Virus record (IMG/VR): IMGVR_UViG_2565956830_000005 | Coordinates: 1 to 64,000 of that record | Direction: 5' to 3' (one strand) | Length of the DNA stretch: 64,000 nucleotides | DNA from: a virus | Lineage: Duplodnaviria > Caudoviricetes | In this document: in pieces, positions 1 through 9,271 of the stretch | Layout: each line of letters opens with the position of its first letter | Position numbering within the stretch: position 1 is the stretch's first letter | Translations under genes and position numbers: made by a program | Notes under the pieces: generated by a model | The model's input: the letters and a program-made list of their open reading frames with translations, nothing else | Database searches by the model: none | Told to the model about the DNA's origin: nothing

Positions 1-549
1 TCAGCTACTGATCCACTGGCACATGAGCGTCGGCCCGAACCCGGTGGTGGCGGAGGTGTTGAGGGCGCCGCCGCTGTTCTGCCAAGCGACGAGTTCGACG
101 TAGTCACCGACGCTCAACGCCTGCGAGGTGGATACGCCCCCGCACCAGGAGTTGGAGGCGAACCCCGGGGCCTGGACAACGCCGCCGCGGGCGTTGGCGC
201 CGTTGACGTTGATTCCCAGCTTCCTGTTGCCGGTGGCGCTGGTGGCGATCGCCGCGGTGCCCAGGAGCAGGTAGGTGCCGGCGACCTGGATGGTGTAGCG
301 GGAGGTGTTGGTGCTGGTGCTGTGCCCGTTGTCGCTGTCGTAGTCCTCCGTGTCCAGGGTCAGCGGGATGTCGGCCGTCCCGGTCGCGAGGGACTGAGCG
401 CTGGACGCGTACCCCTTGAACCTCGGCACACCGTTGGTGCCGGAGCCCATGAGGAAATCCATGGTGGCCTTGATCTGCGCGGCCCACAGGGCGCCGGTCA
501 GATAGTTGCCGGGCGCCTCGCTGGCTGAGACTGGCACCGTGCGGGTCAC
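1..549 (-). CDS. minor tail / tail fibre protein (C1q/TNF-like beta-sandwich tip)
   Basis: 182 aa, T/S/G-rich; 'SRYTIQVAGTYLL...LSVGDYVELVAWQ' pattern typical of actinophage minor tail proteins; directly follows the large tail gene. Confidence 0.65.
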   Translation of the reverse strand: MTRTVPVSASEAPGNYLTGALWAAQIKATMDFLMGSGTNGVPRFKGYASSAQSLATGTADIPLTLDTEDYDSDNGHSTSTNTSRYTIQVAGTYLLLGTAAIATSATGNRKLGINVNGANARGGVVQAPGFASNSWCGGVSTSQALSVGDYVELVAWQNSGGALNTSATTGFGPTLMCQWISS

Positions 550-564
550 GGGAACCTCCGATGG

Positions 565-3500
565 TCAGTAGGCGAAGGCGATGTTGTCGAACTGGCAGAC
601 GGAGTCCCATGTCGTCGGGTCCGTCGTCCCTGCGGGCAGCGGTTCACAGACGGTGTCGCCCGTCGTGTGGGATTTGGTGGTGGCTGCGGTGAGGGTGATG
701 ACCGCGGTCGTCCAGCCCGCGCTGGTGGCGGCGACCGACTGCACCGTGACGGTCTCCTGGTTGGCCGTGTTCTGGCCGAGGACGAGCTGCTGACCGGAGG
801 CGAGCTGCGCGGCGAGCGCGTTGGTGTTGTCGTGACTCGCGTTGACCGTGATCGTGGTGACGCCCGAGCTGGGCGACGTCGCCAGCGTGGTGTGCCAGGC
901 GCCGAAAATGCCGTACGGGGTCAGGTCCGCGGGACTGCACTGGAGCGTCTGCGCTGCTTCGTTGTCGTCCCCGAAGTCCCACTGGATGTTCTCGACGAAG
1001 CAGTCGACCTGCGTGACAGCGCCTCCGGGCGTCCGGCGCATCAGCCGGACGCGTGTGCCGAGTTCCAGCGACAGGCACACGGGCCACAGCGCGGGAAGCG
1101 CCGAGGGATGCAGCTTGACCGAGGTGACGCGCTGCGCGGGCTGCTTGTACCTCGAGATGAGGTAACCGGCCGCGTCCTGGCACTCGTTGGGATCCCCCGA
1201 GTTGATCGTGCGCGTCATCGTCCGGGCGAAGTAGCTCGAGAGTGAGGTGTCGTCTGTCGCGTAGAAATTTTGGCTGGTGCCCTCCTGCGTGACCGTGACC
1301 TGGTTGGACAGGTGGGTGCTGTCGTAGTCCAGCTCGCAGCTCTCGTACGGCCACTCGCCGGCGTTCTCGCCGAACACGTAGACCGGCGTCGTGGCGTTGT
1401 AGCGGGCCGAGCGCGCCTTGAACTGAAGGGCCCCGGCGCGGTCCACAAAGTGGGCGCCATTCTCGGTGTCGACGACGCCCTGGAGCGCGGTCATCGCGTC
1501 CTGGCCGTCGATCGCGGCCGGCCCCATGTTCGTGGTGAGACCGGTCTGGAGCCCGTACGCCCCGGAGTATCCCGCGTAGCGGAGGATCCGGGCGTACCGC
1601 GCGTCGGACGACTCGCCTGCGCACGCCGATTTCCACGCCGCGTACAAGTTGGTGATCTGGCTGGCGCTCTGGGCGATGTTCGCGAACTCCGCGACGAAGG
1701 AAATGTCTCCCTTGAAGTTGTACGTCGTACCGTTACCCACGGTCGCGTCGACGAAGCCGCCTACGTTGTCGCTGATCAGCCCGGTGGGGGTGTTGGTGGA
1801 CGGCACGCTCCCGATGTACGCGGCGGTGGCGCCGTCTTGCGAGACGAAGACCTGCCCCGTGGCCTGGTTGTAGCCGAACCACAGGAGATGCCAGTCGCCG
1901 TCAACGCAGTTCGTGGCGCCCCCGAAGAGGGTCGCTGTGCCTGCGCCCGTCGGGCCCTGGATCCAGAAGTTCGGCTTGCCGGCGGTGTCGAGGTAGACGT
2001 AGATGTGGCTGCCCGACGGGCCGCCGCCGGACCGCTGCCGGTCGGTGCACGACCACAGGAACGCGAACACTGTCGGCATCGGCCCCGTGTACCGGAACGC
2101 GATGACCCTGGACCAGGACGTCGGGTCGGCCGGGCCGACGATGCCGGCGGTGGACAGCCGGATGAACGTCGCGCCACCGGTGATCAGGTTGGTTCCGGGG
2201 TTGGAGTTGTTGATCGTGGCGACCGTGCCGCTCGACCCGGTGTAGACGCCAGTGGCGTCCGTTGCGGTGATCGCATTCCCGAACGTCAGTGAGCCAGCGC
2301 CGTATTTGCTGATGCCGAGCTGGGCAGGCGGATTGGTTCCGGTCCAGTCGGTCACCGTCGTGGAGTCGGCGGGGTCGTCCAGGCGGTACACGAACCGCGG
2401 GCTCAGGCTGTTGATCTCCTGGGTGAGGGAGTCCTGCAGCTGCTGCTGGGAGAGCAGGCTGAACGTGTCCACGGCCGTGGGCTGCACGGTCCCGTAGGTT
2501 CCGCTGTCGTCCCATTGCGAGGGCCAGCGCTCCGTCCAGCCCGCGTAGACGGGGTACCAGACTCCTGGTGCCTGCCACGTGGTGGCGGTAGAGCCCTTCT
2601 CCAACTGCCAGGCGTCGACCTGCACGCTGCAGGTGGCCGCAGCGGTAGCGGCGACAGCGGCACCCACATCCATACCCGCCGCGTTGGCCGGTGCGGTCGC
2701 CGTCAGGGTGAGGAGGGTCCAGCCGGCTGTTGTCGAGCCCGTGAGCGCCGTCGAGGTGCCGTAGTTGAACGAGGTGGGCGTCGCGCCGCCTCCGGCGGTG
2801 TACCAGCCGAAGAAGGCGTAGACCGACAGGCTCGTCGCGGCCGTGACGTCCCGGATGCGCAGCTGCACCGTGTATGTACGCCCCGGGATCACACTCCAGC
2901 GGGGCGTGTGGCAGATCCGCGTCGTCGCGACAGTGGCGGAGGGGACCGCGAACTGCATGACGGTCGCGCCCTGCCACGCCGTCGCGGAAGAGACGAAGGA
3001 ACCTCCGGAGCCATCGGTGCTGGAGAAAATGTCGCTGGTCGCCGAGCTGATGGTGCCGCTGAATCCGCCCAGGTCGCCTCCGGTGGCCATGACCTGGTCC
3101 AGCACGTTGCGGGTGGGCGGCCACTGCGCGCGCCGCCGGTAGGGCTGGTACGGGGCGATGTGCCCGGCCCAGGGGCCGCCGGCGTTCGTGGGGTCGAGAG
3201 CGGAGTCGGTGTCGTCCAGGGTCAGCGACGCCTCTCCCGTCCGGACCTGGTCGGTTTCGTACTGGCGGCCGCGGCCGACGGACATCGTGCCGCGGGTCCG
3301 GTCCGTGACCTCGACATACCTGTCGGTCGGCTGCGTGCCTCCGTTCGCGTTCCAGAACGCACCCCAACCGTCCTCGATCACGGGCCAGTTGAGATTCAGC
3401 TGGCCGTACGCCGACGTGAGGGTGTTGACGTGGTCGATGTACGCGGAGGACGCGGCTTCGGTGCCGGTGTAGCCGGAGGTGAACTGGAACGTCACGCCGG

Positions 3501-4008
3501 TCGCCGACCAGCTGTAGGCGATCGTGGCGCGGGTGGTCCACGTGTAGCCGTCCGGCGACGTCGCGAACACGAAGCTGCCGGACACCTCCGTGATCCGCCA
3601 CCACGCATACGAGTAGGCGTCGTACGCCGCCCAGTTCGCGGCGATCGTCGTGGTGGTGCTGACGCCCGCGTTGACGACCCGGGCCCGGAACACACCGCCC
3701 GAGAGGTAGAGGCTGGCCTTGTTGGTGGAGTTCAGGACGACCTCGAAAAAGGTCTCCGTCCCACCGTTCCCCAGCGGGGCGGGCACGACCCGGGCGTACA
3801 CGCCGTTAGGGCTTGCCGTGTTGCTGCTCGTGGCGTCCCAGGTGGTCGAGCCGAGGGCGTAGTACGAGGTCGTGCACGACACCGCGACCCGGTCCAGCGC
3901 CGTGTCGAGGGTGACGTTCGGCGACCCGGAAGACGCGTTCCACAGCGCCGTGTTGAGAGCTGTCCCGCCGAAGAAGTCCCCGAGGTTGGACAGCTTCGGG
4001 CTCGGCAC
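565..4008 (-). CDS. large minor tail protein (hub/baseplate) with carbohydrate-binding and LamG-like domains
   Basis: 1147 aa after tape measure; 'GRGRQYETDQVRTGEASLTLDD' hub-type motif; 'VQVDAWQLEKG' CBM-like; 'DGDWHLLWFGY' LamG-like. Confidence 0.75.
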   Translation of the reverse strand: MPSPKLSNLGDFFGGTALNTALWNASSGSPNVTLDTALDRVAVSCTTSYYALGSTTWDATSSNTASPNGVYARVVPAPLGNGGTETFFEVVLNSTNKASLYLSGGVFRARVVNAGVSTTTTIAANWAAYDAYSYAWWRITEVSGSFVFATSPDGYTWTTRATIAYSWSATGVTFQFTSGYTGTEAASSAYIDHVNTLTSAYGQLNLNWPVIEDGWGAFWNANGGTQPTDRYVEVTDRTRGTMSVGRGRQYETDQVRTGEASLTLDDTDSALDPTNAGGPWAGHIAPYQPYRRRAQWPPTRNVLDQVMATGGDLGGFSGTISSATSDIFSSTDGSGGSFVSSATAWQGATVMQFAVPSATVATTRICHTPRWSVIPGRTYTVQLRIRDVTAATSLSVYAFFGWYTAGGGATPTSFNYGTSTALTGSTTAGWTLLTLTATAPANAAGMDVGAAVAATAAATCSVQVDAWQLEKGSTATTWQAPGVWYPVYAGWTERWPSQWDDSGTYGTVQPTAVDTFSLLSQQQLQDSLTQEINSLSPRFVYRLDDPADSTTVTDWTGTNPPAQLGISKYGAGSLTFGNAITATDATGVYTGSSGTVATINNSNPGTNLITGGATFIRLSTAGIVGPADPTSWSRVIAFRYTGPMPTVFAFLWSCTDRQRSGGGPSGSHIYVYLDTAGKPNFWIQGPTGAGTATLFGGATNCVDGDWHLLWFGYNQATGQVFVSQDGATAAYIGSVPSTNTPTGLISDNVGGFVDATVGNGTTYNFKGDISFVAEFANIAQSASQITNLYAAWKSACAGESSDARYARILRYAGYSGAYGLQTGLTTNMGPAAIDGQDAMTALQGVVDTENGAHFVDRAGALQFKARSARYNATTPVYVFGENAGEWPYESCELDYDSTHLSNQVTVTQEGTSQNFYATDDTSLSSYFARTMTRTINSGDPNECQDAAGYLISRYKQPAQRVTSVKLHPSALPALWPVCLSLELGTRVRLMRRTPGGAVTQVDCFVENIQWDFGDDNEAAQTLQCSPADLTPYGIFGAWHTTLATSPSSGVTTITVNASHDNTNALAAQLASGQQLVLGQNTANQETVTVQSVAATSAGWTTAVITLTAATTKSHTTGDTVCEPLPAGTTDPTTWDSVCQFDNIAFAY

Positions 4009-4058
4009 CAGGCACCACCTATCCGGCGCCCGGCGGCGCCCTCACTCTCATCGACTGG

Positions 4059-7000
4059 TCAGCGGTTGTACGGCGGGTACGTCAGGGGGTTGCGCATGCC
4101 GCGCTGCAGGAACGACTTCTCGACGTCCTTCGCCAGGCCGTCCACCGTGGCCACGCTGCCCTGGACCTGAAAGTGGAAGTGGTTGTGGGTGACGGCCCCA
4201 CCCCCTCCGGCGCCGGCCAGACCCAGGCCGGCGCCGGTGAACTGGCCCGCGCCGGTGACCGATCCGGCGAGGCGTCGCACGGCGCCGGCGGCGTGGTGCG
4301 CGTTGCGGTCGACACCCGCCGCGAGGCCTTTGGGGATCCACTGGCCGATGGACGCGAACACCTGCGAGGGCGACTTGATCTTGAGAGCCCGTTTGATCGC
4401 TGCGGCCATGACCTTGGCGATCCGAGTCATCTGCTTCTCGATCGCCTTTTCCTGGCTCTGGAGCCCCCTGACCAGTCCTTGCGCCGATTTGATGCCGGCC
4501 GAGTACATCGAGTCGGCGACCGCCTTGCCCGCCGACGTCGCTGCGGACTGGGTGGTCTTCTGCAGGGAGTTGATCTGCTGGATCTGCCCCTTCGACGCCC
4601 CCGCCAGGGCGGCCGCCGTCGCGCCGCCCGAGTCGACGCCGGCACTCGCGATCTGCTCGATCAGGGACGCGGACAGGCCCTTCTTCTTCAACGCCTGCAG
4701 CTGCGCGGCGAACTGCGTCGCTTTCTGCATCTGGTCGCGCATCTTGTTGACCACGTCGGCGGCCGTGAGCGCGAACCCCTCCTGCGGGGCGTCCGTCACG
4801 ATGGAGAAGCCCTGCATCACACCGGAGGCGACGTTCTTTACCTCGTCCGACCAGGACTTCTGCAACGCGGCGAGCTTCGACTGGGCGCTCTTGAGCTTCG
4901 CGGCGACCGAATCACGCTTGGCCGCGAGCCCTCGCATCAGGGAGTCTTCCTTGCGAGCGTACGACTCGAGGCGCTTGAGGGTCTTCTCGTGGGACTTCAC
5001 CCACTTGCTGCTGACGCCCTTGGTGCCCTTGAGGTCGGCGACCCGGTTGTAGGTCTGGGTCAGCAGCGACTCGACCCTCCGCGTCGCCGCCTTCACCCGG
5101 GCCGTCGACCCGGTGAGCCCGTCGACCAGGCCCTCGTTGACGTAGATGCCGAGCTGCCTGAACACCTTCGACGGCGAAGCGATTCCGAGGGTCCGCGCGA
5201 AACCGTCCGACGTCGCCTTGGCCGCCCCCTGCATGGTGGCCACGGCGCCCGGCGACCCGGCACGGATACCCTGGGCCAGGCCGTCCATCAGCGCATGACC
5301 GGAGTGCAGCGTCCACCCGCTGCCGGAGAACGGGCCCCATTCGGCCGGGCTGTGGGGGAACAGTCCGGAGACGTGGGACAGGACGCTGTGGGCCGCGTCG
5401 GCCACCGGGCCGAGCATCGATTTGATGCCGTTGAGGAAGCCCTTCAGCAGAGACCGGCCCGCCGAGTACAGGTAGGAGCCGAGCTGGCCGAGCGCCGCCT
5501 TGGCCCTACCCGGCAGGCTGCGGACCCACGTCACGGCTTCCATGGCCTTGGAGACCGTCGACGTCTTGAAGGAACGCCAGGCAGAAGCCGCCCGGGATGC
5601 GAGCCCGCTTCCGAGGCCGGCGAGCCAGTGGTAGATCCGCCCCGGCAGCCCCGCAACCCAGTTGACCAGGCTCGTCAGGACGTTGACGGTTCCGTGATAC
5701 ATCGACGACGCACCGGACTTGATCTTGTCCCAGTGCTTGACGATGTACAGGACCGCAAGCCCGATCGGCCCGGTCAGGATCGCCAGCAGCAGCGGCCAGT
5801 GGCCCTTGACCCAGTCGACGACCCAGCCGACCGCGTCAGCGATGCCCTTGAACGCCGTCTTGCAGAGATCCCGGAACCAGGCGACGTGGTTGTAGGCGTA
5901 GATCAGGCCCACCACCAGCGCCGCAATAGCCAGAACAACCAGGCCGAGCGGGCTGGCGGCCTGGGCCGCGTTGAGGAGCCACTGACCGATCGCAGCCGCC
6001 TTCTCGGCGATCGCCGCCCCGATCAGCTTCGCCTTCTCGATGGTCCAGGCGATCGCCGAGCGTGCTGCCGCGAGCGTGGCCCGGGCGACGTTCCGGGCGA
6101 GAGTGAGCGCGGCCCGGCCCGCCACCTTCATCGCGTTCCCAGCGGCCGTGACACCGCGGGCCATGCCCGCCCAAGCGGCACGCCCGGCCTTCGCTGCGGC
6201 CCCCGCGACGCTCCTGCCCATCCTGACGGCGGCCCGGCCCGTCGCGCTCAGCGCTCTGCCCGCGGCCCGGACGCTGCGGGTGAGGCCGGACATCGTGGCC
6301 CGGCCTGCCTTGGCCACCGCGCTCCCGATGCTCCGGCCGACGCCGGCGATGCCCCGGCCGGCCGCCTTGATGCCACGCACGGAGCCGTCGAAGCCCTTAC
6401 GCAGAGCGCCCCCGAAGCTCCCGGCCTTCCCGGAGAACGCCGAGCCGGCTACCTGCGCGGACCTGAAGCCCTGAACGACCCGGGCGGCACCCTTGGCGGC
6501 TCCCACGCCCATCTTCCCGAAGGCCACAACGGTCTTCCCGGCACTCATGGCGAGCTTCGCCGCGTAGGCGACCACCGAAAGGGCCAGGATGCCGCCGATG
6601 ACCCCGGCGAGAGCGGTAGCAGCGGTCTTGTGCTTCCCGAACCAGTCGACGATCTTGATGACGACGGGGAGGAGCTTCGTGCCGATCTCGATCGCCAGCA
6701 CGGAGATGGTCTGCTTCGCCTTGGCCAGCCGGACGTTGAACAGCTTCTGAGTGGCGTCCCAGCCCTCCACGTCTTTGCTGGCGTGGTTGAACGATCCACT
6801 GACCTTCTTGACGCGATCCTTGAAACCCTCGGTGTTCTCACCTGTCAACTGCAGGGTCGTATTCAGGCCGATGGCGCCACCGGTGAGCTTTTTAACCGCT
6901 TCAGTGTATGTCTGGGCGCTCGGTCCACCCTTTTTCAATTCAGCCGAAAAACCCTTGGTTTTATTTTGAAGGGTGGCGTACTGCGACAAAAGGTTCGCCT

Positions 7001-8048
7001 GGTCCGGCGGGAGCGCCTTGAGCGCCTTGCGCCAGTCGCCGACACTAAGACTTCCCTTGGAATAGGACTGGGCCAGGCCCTGAATACTTTTGGGCATGCT
7101 CTTGACCATCAGGTCCGCGTCTTTCGCGGCCTGCTTGGTTTTGTTGAAAGCCGAGAGGAGGACGGTGCCGGACTTTCCCATCTTCGACAGCACGGTCTGC
7201 GAAAGAAGGTCAAGCGTGCCGGTCAGGCCACGCTTGCCAAGGTGCGTGGACACGTCCGTCGAGGACAGGCCCAACCGCTGCATTTCTTGGATCGCGACAT
7301 TATTCGGGGCCGCCAGCTGCCTGATGGTGGAAGCGAGTTCCTGAGTTCCTTCACGCGCCGAGGTACCGTGCTGCGTGAGCGTGGCCAGCGCGCCGCCGAC
7401 CTCGCCGAACGAAATCTTGTTCGCTGAGGCAATAGGCAGCACCGTAGACAAGGAAGAGGCGAATTCTTCCATCGTCATTTTGCCCTCGCCCGCAGCAGTT
7501 TTCATTCCATTCATTACGCGAACGGATTCTGTTGCCTTGAGGTGATAGCTCGCCATAACGCTGGTCATGGCGTTAGTGACCGAGTCAAGCGACGCGTTTT
7601 CCTCGCGCGCTCCCTGCGCCGCCGCTTTCAGAACCTTCAGGCCGTCCGCACCGCGATACCCGGCCTTTTCGACCTGGTACATGCCCTCGGTCAAGTTGTG
7701 CCAGTCGGTGCCGGTGCCCTTGGCGATGTCGAGAATGCCCGCACGGACCGTGGCCAGGCCCTTGACGGTCTCCCCGGCCGCCGTGTGCAGGACCATCGTC
7801 TGGGCCTCGAAGTCCCCGGCCATCTTCACCGAGGCAACGGCAACGCCAGCGCCGATGAGAGAGACGGATTTGCCCATACGGGCCATGCCCGCGAAGGCCG
7901 TGGCCCCCGCCGCTTTCATGCCTGCGGCGGTCCCGTTGACCTGGGCTCGGGCCTCGCGCATCGTGGCGCGGAGCTGGGTGATGTCACCCAGGAACCGCGC
8001 GACAACAGGAGGAAGAAGCCCTCCTCCGCCACCACCGCCACCGCTCAC
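4059..8048 (-). CDS. tape measure protein
   Basis: >1300 aa Ala/Gly-rich; TP901-type core, W/F-spaced amphipathic repeats, 'LGIASPSKVF' and 'LKIKSPSQVF' motifs; start taken at GTG 8048 (ORF extends to 8069). Confidence 0.92.
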   Translation of the reverse strand: MSGGGGGGGGLLPPVVARFLGDITQLRATMREARAQVNGTAAGMKAAGATAFAGMARMGKSVSLIGAGVAVASVKMAGDFEAQTMVLHTAAGETVKGLATVRAGILDIAKGTGTDWHNLTEGMYQVEKAGYRGADGLKVLKAAAQGAREENASLDSVTNAMTSVMASYHLKATESVRVMNGMKTAAGEGKMTMEEFASSLSTVLPIASANKISFGEVGGALATLTQHGTSAREGTQELASTIRQLAAPNNVAIQEMQRLGLSSTDVSTHLGKRGLTGTLDLLSQTVLSKMGKSGTVLLSAFNKTKQAAKDADLMVKSMPKSIQGLAQSYSKGSLSVGDWRKALKALPPDQANLLSQYATLQNKTKGFSAELKKGGPSAQTYTEAVKKLTGGAIGLNTTLQLTGENTEGFKDRVKKVSGSFNHASKDVEGWDATQKLFNVRLAKAKQTISVLAIEIGTKLLPVVIKIVDWFGKHKTAATALAGVIGGILALSVVAYAAKLAMSAGKTVVAFGKMGVGAAKGAARVVQGFRSAQVAGSAFSGKAGSFGGALRKGFDGSVRGIKAAGRGIAGVGRSIGSAVAKAGRATMSGLTRSVRAAGRALSATGRAAVRMGRSVAGAAAKAGRAAWAGMARGVTAAGNAMKVAGRAALTLARNVARATLAAARSAIAWTIEKAKLIGAAIAEKAAAIGQWLLNAAQAASPLGLVVLAIAALVVGLIYAYNHVAWFRDLCKTAFKGIADAVGWVVDWVKGHWPLLLAILTGPIGLAVLYIVKHWDKIKSGASSMYHGTVNVLTSLVNWVAGLPGRIYHWLAGLGSGLASRAASAWRSFKTSTVSKAMEAVTWVRSLPGRAKAALGQLGSYLYSAGRSLLKGFLNGIKSMLGPVADAAHSVLSHVSGLFPHSPAEWGPFSGSGWTLHSGHALMDGLAQGIRAGSPGAVATMQGAAKATSDGFARTLGIASPSKVFRQLGIYVNEGLVDGLTGSTARVKAATRRVESLLTQTYNRVADLKGTKGVSSKWVKSHEKTLKRLESYARKEDSLMRGLAAKRDSVAAKLKSAQSKLAALQKSWSDEVKNVASGVMQGFSIVTDAPQEGFALTAADVVNKMRDQMQKATQFAAQLQALKKKGLSASLIEQIASAGVDSGGATAAALAGASKGQIQQINSLQKTTQSAATSAGKAVADSMYSAGIKSAQGLVRGLQSQEKAIEKQMTRIAKVMAAAIKRALKIKSPSQVFASIGQWIPKGLAAGVDRNAHHAAGAVRRLAGSVTGAGQFTGAGLGLAGAGGGGAVTHNHFHFQVQGSVATVDGLAKDVEKSFLQRGMRNPLTYPPYNR

Positions 8049-8125
8049 GGCACACCGCCTTTCGGGCACAGCGAGCAGCCCCTGCGCACGCGCCGGAGCG
8101 CCGAGCGAGGGGCTGTCGGGGATGG

Positions 8126-8575
8126 TCAGTGAGCGAGTGCTGCTGCCCAGGCGAGGTGATAGGTGCGGGAGATCGTGCCGGTGACAACCAGCTGCTCGAA
8201 CGCGGGCTGTACGTACGGGCGCGGGGGTAGCTGGACGCCGCGGCCTGCGGTGCCGCCGAGCTCCTGGACGCGCCCGTACACGGCGGTTGGGCCGACCTCG
8301 GCGAGCCAGCGGCCGAAACCTGCGGGGACCGGTCCGACGACCTTGATGGAGCGGCGCAGGGTGCCGGTGATCAGGGAGGGCGGGTCACCGGGCGAGGAGG
8401 GTGTGGGTGTGCCCTTGGGGTGGCTCGAGGTCGACAGCATCTGTTTGATGGCGCCCTCGGCCAGGTGCGCGGCCTGCGCGGTCGCCACGCGTGTGGCGCG
8501 TTGCAGGTCCCGCTCGAGCGCTATGAGGGCGCCGTTGAGCTCGGAGAGCCCGGTGATCTGCACGCCTCCAGTCAC
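8126..8575 (-). CDS. HK97 gp10-like neck/tail-completion protein
   Basis: 'PSLITGTLRRSI...VYGRVQELGG...LPPRPYVQPAF' is the HK97-gp10 family pattern. Confidence 0.7.
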   Translation of the reverse strand: MTGGVQITGLSELNGALIALERDLQRATRVATAQAAHLAEGAIKQMLSTSSHPKGTPTPSSPGDPPSLITGTLRRSIKVVGPVPAGFGRWLAEVGPTAVYGRVQELGGTAGRGVQLPPRPYVQPAFEQLVVTGTISRTYHLAWAAALAH

Positions 8576-8605
8576 CGGACCCGCCCCCTCTTCGGTGTGA
8601 GCGGG

Positions 8606-8865
8606 TCAGCGGCGGGCTTTGCGCTCGGCGTCGCGCTCGGCCTTCTCCCGTGCGTCCTCGCGGAGTTCGTCGAAGAGGTCCGCGAGGGCGGGGATGGTGT
8701 TGTCGAGCCATGCCGGCAGTTCATCGACGACGGACGGCGCCCACCCGTAGCGCTCGGCGTACCAGACGTAGTCGAGGGCCCGGTCCCAGTCCGTCGCCGG
8801 GAACCTGCCGGGAGGCTCACGTCCCTCCAGCCGGGCTTTTACTCGGCGGAGGGCTCGGTAGGGGA
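8606..8865 (-). CDS. tail assembly chaperone gpT part (frameshift extension)
   Basis: Open -1 frame overlapping the end of gpG; 'YAERYGWAPSVVDELP' matches the gpT W-x-P-x-x-V-x-x-L motif; no own RBS or start. Confidence 0.7.
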
Positions 8866-9204
8866 CAGCGGGTCCGCCACCTGCTGCTCTGTCCGGGCCG
8901 GCTGCTCCGGGAAGAGCACCTTGTGCGCTTCCTTGATCGTCTCGTTCTCCTCGAGGAAGTTGCCGTCCTCCATCGACAGCAGCTCGAGGGACTCTGCGGT
9001 CACCGGCAGCGGCAGGGCGTACGACCACGCCGTGATCATCACGGCGAGGACGCCGTCTGCCATCTCGACCTGCGTGGCCATGGACAGGTCGACGTCCTCG
9101 CCGATCGGCACCATCTTCAGTGCCCGCTTCTTGTCGCCGCGGCGCAGCGTTGCAGGGTCGCGGAGTTCGACCCATTCTCCGGATGGCAGGGCGATACGGG
9201 ACAT
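8839..9204 (-). CDS. tail assembly chaperone gpG
   Basis: Acidic ~121 aa (MSRIALPSG...) between major tail and tape measure, with a GGAGA RBS. Confidence 0.78.
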   Translation of the reverse strand: MSRIALPSGEWVELRDPATLRRGDKKRALKMVPIGEDVDLSMATQVEMADGVLAVMITAWSYALPLPVTAESLELLSMEDGNFLEENETIKEAHKVLFPEQPARTEQQVADPLSPTEPSAE

Positions 9205-9271
9205 GTCTTCTCCTGGTGAGGGTGTGAGGGTGGGAAGGGCTACTGCGGCCATAGGTGAGTGGCCGGAGGGA

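Noticed and set aside
4173-7427. Very long plus-strand ORFs antisense to structural genes (also 2515-4170, 18500-20458, 43204-45240)
   Set aside because: Shadow ORFs caused by high GC3 codon bias of the real minus-strand genes; no motifs
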